Part shown: in pieces, positions 24,950 through 37,897 of the stretch
Layout: every line of letters starts with the position of its first letter
Position numbering within the stretch: position 1 is the stretch's first letter
From: Tubulanus polymorphus
Taxonomy: Eukaryota > Animalia > Nemertea
Direction: 5' to 3'
Length of the DNA: 64,000 bases
Assembly (NCBI RefSeq): GCF_964204645.1
Contig: NC_134029.1
Span: forward strand, 17,354,950 to 17,418,949
Notes under the pieces: model-generated
What the model was told of the DNA's origin: nothing
What the model saw: only the letters and a program-made list of their open reading frames with translations
Databases searched by the model: none
Translations under genes and position numbers: made by a program

Positions 24950-27900
24950 AAATCATATGATGTACGGATTATCAGCGATCAATCCTCGGATCCCCTGGCA
25001 TAAGAATGTATATTTCCTGCATACCAGTGCTATAGTAGAGACCGACAGGGCTTACTATTACGGATCCCGTGTAGATTATGACCACCTAGACAGTTTTAAG
25101 GATGCGATTAAATTGAGCATTAATCCAATAATTATGACCCATGCAAAACACACCATCAAATTCAGGTAACTATGCAGAAATGCGTATTCAGAAATGATTA
25201 ACCAATTGTAAAATTAGTTGATATAGGAATTAGATTGTCTATTATGTCCAATGTTACATTTTAGATGTTCATGGAAAGGAAATGATTGTTTCAAAAACAA
25301 TAGTTTAGGAAAAGTAACCGAGGAAATACACTACACCCAAGATGGTGCATGCTACACGTATAAACCTCTTTCAAAAGTGACATCAACTGGTAAGTGACTG
25401 TTTGTGAAATTAGGAAAATGTGCCACTAGATTTAGGAAATGTTTATGATATTATCATCCGACGCTCTTAGTAGCATAGTAGCATGATAACCAAATCATAA
25501 TGAAATCATAATCTAAAAAACGAATGCATTCCTATATTCCATTCAGCACTATATGATTATTCTTGTTATTAAGAGTTTTCCGTCATGTTTTGTCCAAAAA
25601 AGTTTGACACTTTTAACACTTTTGTGACACGTATAGGGTAGTTTTACTGTTGAGGAAGGTTTATATTCTACTGTAAAATTTCCACCTTCATTTCAAAATC
25701 CATTTAGATGTATTTCAATGAAGAAAACATGAAGAAAATCCGGGAGAAACCCCTCTCTAAGACTGATAACTGTAATGAAGCTAGTAGTTAGAGCTACTAG
25801 CAATTATATTTTGTATGTAGTTTGCCCAATTCTGGAGGTTAAAATAGGTCACGTCATTGTTTACATAATCCAGGAAGAAAGACACTCTAAATATTTGGAT
25901 GGATATATGAAAGCTGTGGGTACTGGAGTGTGTAATGGGTAGTGTAGTGTGATCTGTGTGCATTTGTGGCCAGCACACAGATCCCATTGTTCATTGGGGT
26001 TTGGTCCAGGACTCGCGAGATTTTCAACAACACGGAAGTAACGTGTAATAAATGATGACTTGAATTGCATGACTACCTACCACCCCTCATTATTGTTGGA
26101 AAACTAAACGTTCGGCACTGACTAATAATTAGTAATAACATTTTAGAAATGCCCAGAATTTTAACTTAGGTTCTATCTCATTTTTATTTTACAATTGCAG
26201 TTGGTATAATTTTTTTAAACGGCCGTTAAGGCTTCATGTTTCGTCTGCAATTCACTGCAAATAGTTACGCAACTACGCACATTTCAGTGTTTTTGGCAGC
26301 TGTACACTCAATCGGCACCGTTCGTGACTAGCTTCACTGCGGAATTATCATTAATTAACATCGCCATATCACATCATCAACTTATATTGTGCCCTAAAAC
26401 CCTAACAGCCGAAATAATTGAAATGTACACACGATTTCTATCATTGAAAATTGAGAGAGTGGCCATGTTTGTGTTTGCTGCTTCGCGTAAATCCCGCGCG
26501 GTGGCGCAACCGCGCGGAGTGGGGCCGATACGTCTAGTGCATATAAACGACTATAGGACAACGGACAACGTTATGGTATTGCAGCTGATAGCAAGCCAGG
26601 TTTGACCATCCTCCCTCGGCACGAATTCGAACGTGATGGCATCGCTAGACTCAGCCACGGCATGAACCCCTGCCACTCTAGACCGGGTTCACAGGTACAT
26701 GCGCAGGTTTGCCGCAAGCAGGGCGGTTCCAGGGGCATGTTGTGACCATGTCGACCAATAAAAAGGGCATATATTCTTAATTTCGGGCGGAAAGGCATAT
26801 CAGCAATATTTTTGAAATTTTACTATCATTTTAGAGCTTTCTGGCCATCTCTGAGAGGCATCTAGTCAAGAAACATAGGTTATATATTTAGGAAAAATAT
26901 CTATTGTGTATCTCAGGTGGTTACAACGGCAAATTTTGATACAGAGAAAAAATAAAAAGGAACTTTAAAATTCCGACCGTGTCGGGCGACACGGTCGACA
27001 CGGTCTAAATCCGCCCCTTGCAAGAAAACTTGCGGCACCAATCACACCGGCCAATCATCACAATGCTCGTTGTATAATCGCTGAGGCAAATTTCACGGAT
27101 GAATAGATGGGAAATCCCGGCCTAAAATAAAACGGGATTTCTGATAATGACATCATCTAAGCTACGCGTTGCGCACTAGGTCTAGTGTGGCAGCGTTTCG
27201 TACAGTGGAAAGATTCGAGGATGGGTTTGACTTTTTCACCATTTATTGGTGACGAATTCCATTATGTTTTGGAATGCAATTACTTTTCGAACTTGCGAAA
27301 TGTGTATATACCCCAATTTTTCACAGTTAACCCAACTAATCACTAATTAAGTAAATTGTTTAATTCAAACGATAGAAAGTTGTTAAGAAGACTTGCAGCG
27401 TATGATAAGGCATTGTGCAGAAGTATGTAAACTTATATTTCCATGTTTTTACTTGTGTTTTTGTGCTCGAAAAATTAGGTATAATTTGGAGCAAAAAAGA
27501 ATTATCTAAAAAATGGAAATCAGATCATGTCAGCTGGCAGCTATTCGATTCGATTCCTTCGCAGCGTCGGACTTTATTGTACATGTCTATACATGTCATG
27601 TTCTTTCTACAGCTGTTCTCCAATAATTTGACTTTCTTTCGTTATTGTCTTTCGTTTTCAGGTTCGTATCGACCGATTCCCAATCTAATAATTTGAGCGT
27701 TTTCTACCCATGTTCATTGGTGTCATGTTCCCCAGCGCCATGCTCCTCCCCTACTTTTCGAATGACGTTGCCTGAAAGTGAGTGGTTCAAAATCAAAGTT
27801 TTGAATGAATGCGCATACAGTCAACTACAATCACCATTAACCAAACCAACCACGCGTAATGACTGCACAGTCCTCGTAACCTGCGCTGAACTTTGTAGAA

Positions 27901-30759
27901 CAGAACAGATTAAGGGAATCAATTTTGTTTTCATTTCTAGACAATACACTTCAGCTGTTTCTGACAACCGAAGCCCAGTACATGCTGCATCAAAATCCAG
28001 GTTCAACGATTAAAATGGCAGTTCACAAACGAGATTTGGTACCGTCCATGGTAGCACGTGGTTCATTCATTAAACTGTTAGCAACCAAGGATGTCGACGT
28101 CGGCATTCGAGAAAATATGGTAATTGAAATAGGAATATAATATTATGTGAAAGGACGAACACCAAATGATATAGATTCGTGTTAGGTTTATATGAATATA
28201 TTCTAGTAAAAGATACATTAGAAATCTGCATTGATTTAAAAGAGGACATGAATGCATTTCTCAATGTAATTCAATATCTTCATTTCGATTTATTTAGGTA
28301 GAAATACAAGAAACGGAAGCCGGGTGCATAACGGTCGATCAACTGGATTTAACGGGTCTATCGCGAGCCCCTAGTGGATATGTCTTCGATCAGAATATTT
28401 GCGGTAGCCTGCTAAAACATTTACACGTGATGGATGTGTGCAACTGTTCATATCCCATTTTCGAAGACCGTAAGAAAATATCTCGCTGTTAACAAAATTA
28501 AACAACATTAGTTTTATAAAATCTCAAATGATGAAGATAAATTGAAGAAGCCGAAGGGTAAACACGCAGATAAATATGGCGGACTTTTTGCGCCTTTCTA
28601 AACGTGCAGATAAACATGGCGGACTTTTCTGCGCCTTTCTGGCCGGAAAAGTGAAAATAAAAAATAGATTAATGTCCCCAGGACGCCGTCGTAAAAACGT
28701 CATCCAAACGATCTTTGTCTATCCACAGAAAAAATGCTGCAAAACAATTCAAGAATAAGAACGTGTAGTATCATCGATGAAGTAACATGTGTTAGAAATG
28801 CTCTCGGTAATTATACGATTTCACATTACATCTATTGTTCACCTAGTATCCAGTAGCAATGTTATTATGTCATTAAAGCATTTTGCTAATATTTCTATAT
28901 TATATATCATCCATTTTCAGACGATGAACTCGAAAAACACTGTTGTAAACCACTTAAAGAAACTACTTTCGAATATTCAAAAGTAACTGCCCTCTATTCA
29001 CCAAACGCTCTTAAACACAACGGTATCGAGATGACTAGTGGAAGAAATCCTGGCTTTGACTACAATTTCGTTCGTGGTGGCTTTGTCTACGGCAGGGTAC
29101 TCCAGAATCTTGGGCTTTTCTACCACGGCTCCGACGAGACAACGATCATTGAAATAGAAAACACTGGTAAAAAGCTATTGGAAATCAAGGGATTTTTGAA
29201 TTATGTACTGTTTAGCCATGCGACAAATACTTTGATAAGCCCTAAGGCAAAGCAGATCAATGGAATGTTATTTAGTACCTGTAAAGCAGATGTCATCGCT
29301 TATGGCAACTCCCCTAACTATATTGCCATCGTTAGGAAACATGGCTATTCAATTTACCATGCGGCACTTCAAGTATTTTACCTATCAGCGGATGACAACC
29401 CCTTATGCAATAAGACGATTTTCTTCGATACCTTGGACGAACTGTCAAAGTTTTTGCCTACAGTGAGGCAGGCATTTATTGCCAAAAACATGACTTTCCC
29501 TGATGCCGTTAAAATGACAAATGGAGTCAATCAGACCCTGGTCGATATCAAACAACACATCACGTCATTGGAGTCGGATATAAAGAACGACATGGCTTAC
29601 CAAGCGAATAAATTCAAAACGCAGAACGTAGGACTCTTGGAAATGAGGTAGACCTATTTCATAGTATAAAAACGAATTGCTTTTTTTCGTCGAAAGAATG
29701 ACTGTGCGAATTTACAAATTCCCATTAAACTGGTTAAGTTTTGAAACTATCTGGTTTATGAACCCACATGACTGATATATACGTATAATAATTCAAATAG
29801 TAATAATCTCAACGACGTATTTTCAGCGGTACATTTTTGCGAGTTAGTATCCACATGAAAGAGATGTCCATTTACAAATATACCATCCGAACAGCCTACG
29901 ATCTCGGAATGCTGTGGAGTATGTCACAAATCAATTATTAATCAATTATGAATATAGTGAAGCCTAGTGCATACAGCAAGAAATAAATCCGAAACACGAA
30001 ACAACTTGTGTGTGTATACATAATAGATATCTTTCGATGATGATTCGGTTTGCCCACGCGCGCAATCACGTGTATCGTATTTCGGGTCTCACGAAACAAT
30101 TCAGAAAAACGTCCCTGTTTTGCGTTTCGGATTTATATCTTGATGTGCGCGCGCTAGGCTAAACTAAAATTCTAAAACTATCATTAAAAACGTAGTTTGT
30201 AGGAAGTAACACATAAACATTTTGGAAAGTTTGAATTCTAGGTGATATCGGAGGTTTGCTGGGACTAACTTTGGGTGGTAGCATGCTAACTATTGTCGAA
30301 GTCATTGATCTAATCGTGGTTATTTTCACCGCCGGAGCCCATTACAGGTGCGTATGCTATATTGTACTGGCACTTATCATTAGAAAAAAAGTCTACATGT
30401 GAATACTTATCCAAAAACACATTATCTTGTGGCCGCGAAGAAAGACATTTCTTTCCACGAAAAGATTAGTTCGTTCCGGTGAAAATTGTTCGGCTCGAAC
30501 GATAAGATTATTTCGTTCCCACAAACAAGTTTTCATTTTCCCCGCGTCGACTGCGTGGCTCCGTAAAATCAGAACCTAACGCTGGAGAATATATGTAATG
30601 ACGATATTGCACTCAGGATTCACCGAGAGATATTCTCAGCTCTCTTGCGTGAACATTTTCTAGTCGTTTTCTTTTATTTACAGAGTTGCGAAAACAAGAG
30701 TGAAAAAGATAAAATTACAGCAGGAGAAACAGGAGGAAAAACCGGAATACAAATATTGA
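24950..30759 (+). CDS. DEG/ENaC (ASIC/degenerin superfamily) channel subunit, 5' exons unresolved. Exons 24950-25165, 25265-25389, 27941-28119, 28298-28469, 28729-28806, 28921-29647, 29827-29918, 30242-30347, 30684-30759
   Basis: All nine exons join in phase over GT-AG introns. Motifs CSWKGNDC, GACYTY, IKMAVH...P, CNC and TM2 SDIGGLLGLTLGGSMLTIVEVID. Confidence 0.9.
25982..26537 (+). mobile_element. Non-autonomous Helitron-like element, copy 2
   Basis: A|TC...CTAG|T boundaries; hairpin CCGCGCGG-TGGCGCAA-CCGCGCGG about 20 bp from the 3' end; no TSD. Confidence 0.75.
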
Positions 30760-32371
30760 ATTTTTTATTCGAGCATTAGTGAAAACATAGAACTCAAATC
30801 AAATTGATTTGATTTGAAAAGAATTCATTACAAACGTCATTAGCAACGAAAGTCAATTGATTATTTTACCGATGAACTACGAGTACTAGCAGAAATACGT
30901 CTTACAAGACGCAATACGAATCTTGAACATCTGAAGTCAATAATACGCACTGTACTTCAATAATAAAGAAAGGCAACCTTCAGATGAAGCAGAGCTTCAT
31001 AAGGCGCGACGATTTGGAAAAATGTCATCGGAACATAACCTGTATATAACTTTATATACAGGTTATGTATATATTGCATAGTGCATCGTGCGCTTACAGC
31101 TACAAGATTGAATTGATAGGTATATAGTTGATGGGCAAATATTAGCGCTATAGATGCGGATTGAATTTTATATTCCATCACTCAAGGTGTTGTACACAGT
31201 GTTTACGTCTAGCCGTTTGCTGTGGCTTACGTGGTGTTCACATAAGATCATTTATTGCCACGGGGCAAATAGGAATAATGCGGTGTGTGTCGATGTAGAA
31301 TTACTGATCGGTTACATTTTGTTCGTGTAAATCTGAGATGTTTTGGTTTTGCTATGCGTTAATGACTCCGACATACAGATATTAATTCTACGGTGCGATG
31401 ATACAGATACGTATGTCTGTAGACATACGTAATTTGAACATTTTTCTATCTTCCACGATTTATCTGGGGAGGGGACTAATCAAGGTTTGGCCTAGACGAG
31501 ATTTTTTCAGTTCCTTCAGGGATTAAAGTGCAGTCTATTGGGTTTCCATGATTTATTCATTTTTTCGAATATGAGAATTCAAATTTACATCTGTCAAGCA
31601 GCGGTAATGAGTTTCTGCAAATTGGCTAAAGTTTTCATTAATCTTATTTTCTAAATAATCGGGCTGTAAAAAAGATATATACTGTGGTACTACCAGGCTG
31701 CGGCATCTTACAATAGTGCCTCCAACAGAGGGTCCTAGCAAAAATCCCCATAATATTATTTGTCATAGGATCTGATCACATCCTGAACAGTTCATGAAGG
31801 TCTATAAGGAATTCTGACAGAGAAATCGATCGTTTTGCGATTCTTATGTGAAAGAAAAACAGGTAAACGTGGGAATGAATAACTTACAATAGAGTTTCTG
31901 TTGAAAGGCAATATCAGAAAATCTAATAATGTGAAAACCTATTAATGTCGTATAAAAAGTGCCTTAAGAAAACGTGCACCATCATAACAACTTTGTATGT
32001 GTCCTGAAATACGTATCACTGTACCTAGTCATGTCATGTCTATTAATACCACATGGAGAGTACCGGTACTACAAAATGAGCAAAAATCAATGGTGGGTTT
32101 TTCATAATTGAATTTTATCTATTTGAAAAATATACTAAGCTATTATCCATATATTGATCATTCGAATAAATGGTTTCGGAATGTACAATATAACAACCAG
32201 TACCACGACTTTCCTGGTATAAAAAAGACTGATTGAAATGTAGTTTGAAAGCTGCTTTACAATAAGCTACACCTCTTAATTGCGGAAGTGCACTTAATGA
32301 CACGAAAATGTTGAAATCCTACCACGCATGAAGGAGACCTCCGTGGGGGTCATATCAAATCCTGTGAATGT

Positions 32372-33409
32372 TTATCCGATTTCAACCATTTCTCTATTGT
32401 TGCTCATCTCGTCAGAGATGTCATCACCTATACGACGAATGCCTTCTGTAGTCAACATCCTGATCTTACAACTTATGACACTAACAAGCAAACGCCAAAC
32501 CATTTTACGATACATACGATTAACGTAAGAATAAATTATAACATTCATAAAACTGTTACAGTTAGCAATCCACGTGGCTATCCAACTGATTACGTCCGGA
32601 ACTCGGACATCACCTGAACTAACGACTGCCACAGCAGTATAAGTTCCCCAAGATAAGAAATAAGCTATAGCCGTGGTACCAAGTACTCGAATCGCCCGCA
32701 TATCGCTTTTCGATACCTTCCCCTCGTGTTCGATTACTTCCAAATTCTGAATCCGTCGCACTTGATTTCTTGCGATTTTCGCGATATGACAAGACGTACT
32801 CATTAGAATCAATCCAGAGAAAATCGGTATATAAATACCCGTAATCAGACAATACCAAAAATTGTCAATCCAATACATGGCACACATATTTTCTGCGTGG
32901 CTATACTTGTAATAGGACTCGGGTAGTGATTGCAATATTGGTGTCATGAAGGTGATACTAGCTCCAAGCCACAAACCCCCGAAAACGATATAAAGACGAC
33001 AAGGCGTTACAAGTTGGCCGTAGCGATACGGGCGAGTGATGGCTAGATGTCTATCGATGCTCACTAAGCCTAGTGACCAAATTGACACGGTGACAGAAAC
33101 GCCGTGAAACATGCCGGAGACCTGGCAGAAATCGATACTGTACGGCCATTTATCTATACAGCTAGGATAAATTGACGGTAGACACGCAAATAATCCAACC
33201 ATAATGTCAGCGCAAGACAAATTTAAAAGGCACAAACGAGATGTTTTTGGTAACTGCTTTAAATGCCGCATACAAGTCAGGTTTATAATATTCGACACAA
33301 TTATAGCGAATGTAACGAATGATGTGAATATAACACGAAACACGGACGGGATTGGATGAACGTAGCTTCCATCAACTGTTTCCTGAGTAGAATTTGTAGT
33401 GACATTCAT
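32372..33409 (-). CDS. Single-exon class A (rhodopsin-like) GPCR, orphan/aminergic-like
   Basis: 345 aa, seven hydrophobic segments, N-terminal N-glycosylation sites, LSCAD, WPY...C, SIDRHLAI, NSFMNVIIY. Confidence 0.92.
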   Translation of the reverse strand: MNVTTNSTQETVDGSYVHPIPSVFRVIFTSFVTFAIIVSNIINLTCMRHLKQLPKTSRLCLLNLSCADIMVGLFACLPSIYPSCIDKWPYSIDFCQVSGMFHGVSVTVSIWSLGLVSIDRHLAITRPYRYGQLVTPCRLYIVFGGLWLGASITFMTPILQSLPESYYKYSHAENMCAMYWIDNFWYCLITGIYIPIFSGLILMSTSCHIAKIARNQVRRIQNLEVIEHEGKVSKSDMRAIRVLGTTAIAYFLSWGTYTAVAVVSSGDVRVPDVISWIATWIANCNSFMNVIIYSYVNRMYRKMVWRLLVSVISCKIRMLTTEGIRRIGDDISDEMSNNREMVEIG

Positions 33410-34523
33410 TCTTCAAGATGACCTATATCCGATAGCCAAATTTATCCTAGGCTGTCCGCTCTATTAATCTGTCTGGTACATTCTGCATTCACTGGCATTG
33501 GTTGCAGAATCCCTGTGAACGCTTCGAAATCATTATTTTGTAGCATCTTTCGACGCGGATATTCTGAAAAATCAAATCGACTATTGCTTTCGTGTTGACT
33601 GTGATCCCGTGAGATGTAATTTGCTATTTCTACGTGTCGGTTATTTGTCGCCTGACGCTTTGAGGCGAGTTTACATTAAACAAACCACATCCGTATCGGA
33701 AAATGAAGATAATTTGACGCTACTGAACTGAACCTTACAGCAGAAGTATAGATTCTTTCAGCGCTCACCAAACAAAAATGTTATTAACACTTCCAGTGAA
33801 AGAAATAATCGTAGGCAATATGAATTGTGGTTGCAGTGACCACCCGTAATCGGCAATATGGTTATGATTCGACATCATTCATCGTACTTCAGTGCAGTGA
33901 TAGCAACAGGTCACTGTGTTTACGATTAATTATGATTTCAGCGCGATTGTATAACTACGGGTTCGAATGACACGCGAGCGCTTAAAATTACCATCATTTA
34001 CTGCTCCGGTGACATCAAAGTTACGACAAAATATTATTACACATTACACATTAACAATATGGCGGCGACCATGTAGGACGTGCGAGATAGCACTCCGTTT
34101 ATATTCAACAGTAATAGGGGTAATGGGCTTTCAGGCCAAAGGTCGAACGGTCGAGCTCGTAAAAAATGAAAAAACATAAAAATAATAACAATTTCTACTT
34201 GAATTACTCGCAAAACTCATAAAAATGAAAAATAAATTCTCACACGCTCGAATTTATTTTTCATTTTCTACTCGCTAGAAAAAGTGTGAGTAAAGTGTGA
34301 GTGAAATAATTCATATTTTAACAGATTTCGAGTAAAAATATAAGTAAAATAAATGGATAACTAAACGAATATAAAAGTGTGAGTAAAGTGTGAGTGAAAT
34401 AGTTTATATTTTAAACATATTTCAATATTTATATTTGTATGAGTTAGATTTTTAAACATTAAAAGTGTGAGTAAAGTGTGAGTGAAATAATTCATATTTA
34501 GAACAGTGAATATTTATATTTGA

Positions 34524-35171
34524 ATGAGTTTTAATAAAAATTTTGTTATAAAAATGAAGAAAGAAGAAGAACCCAACTTTAAAATCGAAATCAATGAAAC
34601 CAATAAATCATTTTCACAGTTTTACATTAAAAATTATATTTCAGCAACAAATTTAGTGTCCGCAAGACATTATAAAATCGATAACATAACTATGATTAAT
34701 CAAATATCATCAAATGAAACATATTTAATTACTGAACTAGTAGATACTTTTGATAATGGCGTTAAAAATCCTAAAATATTCAATACAGTTTTGAATTTTA
34801 AAGGAACTTTAGATGAAAACATAATTAATATTCTTAAAACTCCTTTCAATGAAAGAAATGATGATATAATACTTTCAAAAGATTACAATGATTTGATTAA
34901 CTTAAGAATTGAAAAAAGACAATTATATTATTTCAATTTTGATAATAAACAAATTATCTATAATGAAAATTCATCAAATATTGGAATTCAATGTGAATTA
35001 GATAATGAAAAATCATTTAAAGATATTGCAGTTCAATGTAATTTAGATGATGAATTTAGAAAATTCAATCCTAATGAAAAAGTGCATTGTTATTGCGGAG
35101 GTAAATATTTAAAATCACATAAATCAAAGCATTATGAAACAATTAAACATAAAAACTGGCGTAAAGAGTAA
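34524..35171 (+). CDS. Palindrome ORF A (215 aa), C-terminal CxCG...H...H zinc finger
   Basis: Intact ORF with CYCGGKYLKSHKSKHYETIKH and a duplicated I(G/A)(I/V)QC(E/N)LD motif; identical mirror copy. Confidence 0.7.
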   Translation: MSFNKNFVIKMKKEEEPNFKIEINETNKSFSQFYIKNYISATNLVSARHYKIDNITMINQISSNETYLITELVDTFDNGVKNPKIFNTVLNFKGTLDENIINILKTPFNERNDDIILSKDYNDLINLRIEKRQLYYFNFDNKQIIYNENSSNIGIQCELDNEKSFKDIAVQCNLDDEFRKFNPNEKVHCYCGGKYLKSHKSKHYETIKHKNWRKE

Positions 35172-35223
35172 CAATTCTACATTATAATTATTGAATTGAG
35201 TTAAATGATTTAAATATCTAATA

Positions 35224-35757
35224 GACTGTTAAAATGATAAATTGTTTGACAGTTGAAATGATAAATTGTTTGACAGTTGAAATGATAAATTGTTTGACAG
35301 TTGAAATGATAAGACAGTTGAAATGATAAATTGTTCGACTGTTGAAATGATAAGACAGTTGAAATGATAAATTGTTTGACAGTTGAAATGATAAATTGTT
35401 TGGCAGTTGAAATGATAAATTGTTTGGCAGTTGAAATGATAAATTGTTTGGCAGTTGAAATGATAAATTGTTTGGCAGTTGAAACTATAAGACAGCTGAA
35501 ATGATAAATTGTTTGACAGTTGAAATGATAAATTGTTTGACAGTTGAAATGATAAATTGTTTGACAGTTGAAATGATAAATTGTTTGACAGTTGAAATGA
35601 TAAATTATTCGACAGTTGAAATGATAAATTGTTTGACAGTTGAAATAATAAATTGTTTGGCAGTTGAAATGATAAATTGTTTGACAGTTGAAATGATAAA
35701 TTGTTTGACAGTTGAAATGATAAATTGTTTGACAGTTGAAATGATAAATTGTTTGGC
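35224..35757 (+). repeat. 24-bp tandem array (GACAGTTGAAATGATAAATTGTTT)n, >20 units including shortened ones
   Basis: Directly visible; mirrored at ~38541-39074. Confidence 0.95.
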
Positions 35758-35879
35758 CGTAAATTTAATTGTTATTTGATTTAATCATTTAAAAGTTTGA
35801 TATTTTCAAAATGATTATAAAATATTTAATTAAAAACTAGCAAATATTTTATAAACTGTTTAATTTCTTTCTTAAATAA

Positions 35880-36077
35880 ATGGATGGTTTCATCCCAACT
35901 GGGAAAAGTGATTTGAAACATTATCTTGTAGCAGGAGGATTAATATTGGCTGCGCTTTATTTATACTATGAGAATATTAGTAAGGATTTGATGAATGAAA
36001 ATATAAAATTGAGCAAGAAATTGAAAAAATTAAATGGAAATAAAAATAATCATAAAAAAGTTATTGAATCAGATTAG
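35880..36077 (+). CDS. Palindrome ORF B (65 aa), single TM plus basic coiled coil
   Basis: YLVAGGLILAALYLYY; TAAATG start. Confidence 0.6.
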   Translation: MDGFIPTGKSDLKHYLVAGGLILAALYLYYENISKDLMNENIKLSKKLKKLNGNKNNHKKVIESD

Positions 36078-36097
36078 TGAATTAATTAAATAAATAA

Positions 36098-36400
36098 ATG
36101 AGTGAAAATATATTAAACTTATTACATCTAATATATAAAAATCAACAGAATATTAAATCAATTATTATGCTTACAGGTTTATTTTCATTCTCAGTTTATA
36201 CTATAAAACAGTTGTTAGAATTCTATGATTGCTGTAAAATTAGATACGCTGAATTAATAGAAAATATGAATTATATTTCAGATAGATTGAATAATATTAA
36301 ATGCTGTGAAGTATGTAATAAAAGATATAAAAATTTAAAGAGTTTAAAAACTCATAAATATATTCATGAACTTGATGAAAAATTATATGAATCAAAATAA
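36098..36400 (+). CDS. Palindrome ORF C (100 aa), hydrophobic segment plus C2H2 zinc finger
   Basis: CEVCNKRYKNLKSLKTHKYIH; TAAATG start. Confidence 0.65.
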   Translation: MSENILNLLHLIYKNQQNIKSIIMLTGLFSFSVYTIKQLLEFYDCCKIRYAELIENMNYISDRLNNIKCCEVCNKRYKNLKSLKTHKYIHELDEKLYESK

Positions 36401-37897
36401 GAAATCGACTGTTAAATTAGCTGAAAATATAAAATATATTAGTTGAAATGTATGAAAATAAAAGTTAATAAAAAAAAGGGGTTGAGGTATCAATGTATCA
36501 GATACCCTATTAAATACCCTAATACCATGTATTAAATACATATCAAATACGTATTGATGGTATTAAATACGTATTAATGGTATTGAATACATATTATGCT
36601 TTATTTCTGAAAATGAAGTAACAGAAGTAATTTATGTTTTAATTCATTCAAGTATGATATTGTAAATTCTTTACACTTGACTAGGATAATACAAGAGTGA
36701 TATTAGTTAGTTGGCTTATTCAGTAAGAGAAACAATGAAATAATACAAGAGTGATACTAACAGTTAAAGTTATTGAATTTCTTGTTAAATCTTTTTGAAT
36801 TCTAGTCAATTCTTGTTATCCAATAGCGTGAATAGAAATCAAAAAGATTTAAATAAAAAAACAATAAGTTACATAAGTTAGAACCTTTATTATTTTTTAA
36901 TTACTTCTGAGACTACAATTTCCATATGAATATAAATTTATAAAATAAAATCCTAATTCAAAATATTATAGAATTCACTGTATACTAATGGATGAGTGGA
37001 TGAATTGGATGAATTGGATGAGTGGATGAATGGATGAGTGTAATAATATATAATTTACATATGTTTTTTATTTTTAAAACAGTAAGAGTTTGATTTGAAG
37101 TTATTTTATCAATTTTATACTATATTTAAATATTATTTTAATAATATATATATATTGTGTTAAATTTAATAAAGAATATAAATATTATATTTATACTCAT
37201 ACTATTCTTCCAATTTATGTGTTAAAAAGTAAAATATATATATTATTACACTCATCCACTCTTCCACTCATCCAATTCATCCAATTCATCCAATTCATCC
37301 ACTCATCCATTAGTATACAGTGAATTCTATAATATTTTGAATTAGGATTTTATTTTATAAATTTATATTCATATGGAAATTGTAGTCTCAGAAGTAATTA
37401 AAAAATAATAAAGGTTCTAACTTATGTAACTTATTGTTTTTTTATTTAAATCTTTTTGATTTCTATTCACGCTATTGGATAACAAGAATTGACTAGAATT
37501 CAAAAAGATTTAACAAGAAATTCAATAACTTTAACTGTTAGTATCACTCTTGTATTATTTCATTGTTTCTCTTACTGAATAAGCCAACTAACTAATATCA
37601 CTCTTGTATTATCCTAGTCAAGTGTAAAGAATTTACAATATCATACTTGAATGAATTAAAACATAAATTACTTCTGTTACTTCATTTTCAGAAATAAAGC
37701 ATAATATGTATTCAATACCATTAATACGTATTTAATACCATCAATACGTATTTGATATGTATTTAATACATGGTATTAGGGTATTTAATAGGGTATCTGA
37801 TACATTGATACCTCAACCCCTTTTTTTTATTAACTTTTATTTTCATACATTTCAACTAATATATTTTATATTTTCAGCTAATTTAACAGTCGATTTC

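Noticed and set aside
22444-26537. One large TIR transposon that captured ENaC exons
   Set aside because: No TSD; each repeat has its own Helitron-type TC/CTAG ends; the enclosed exons splice in phase with exons outside.
35224-35757. CRISPR-like array, or the 92-aa (MINCLTVE)n ORF
   Set aside because: Units are head-to-tail with no unique spacers and no cas genes; the ORF is a by-product of a stop-free 24-bp period.
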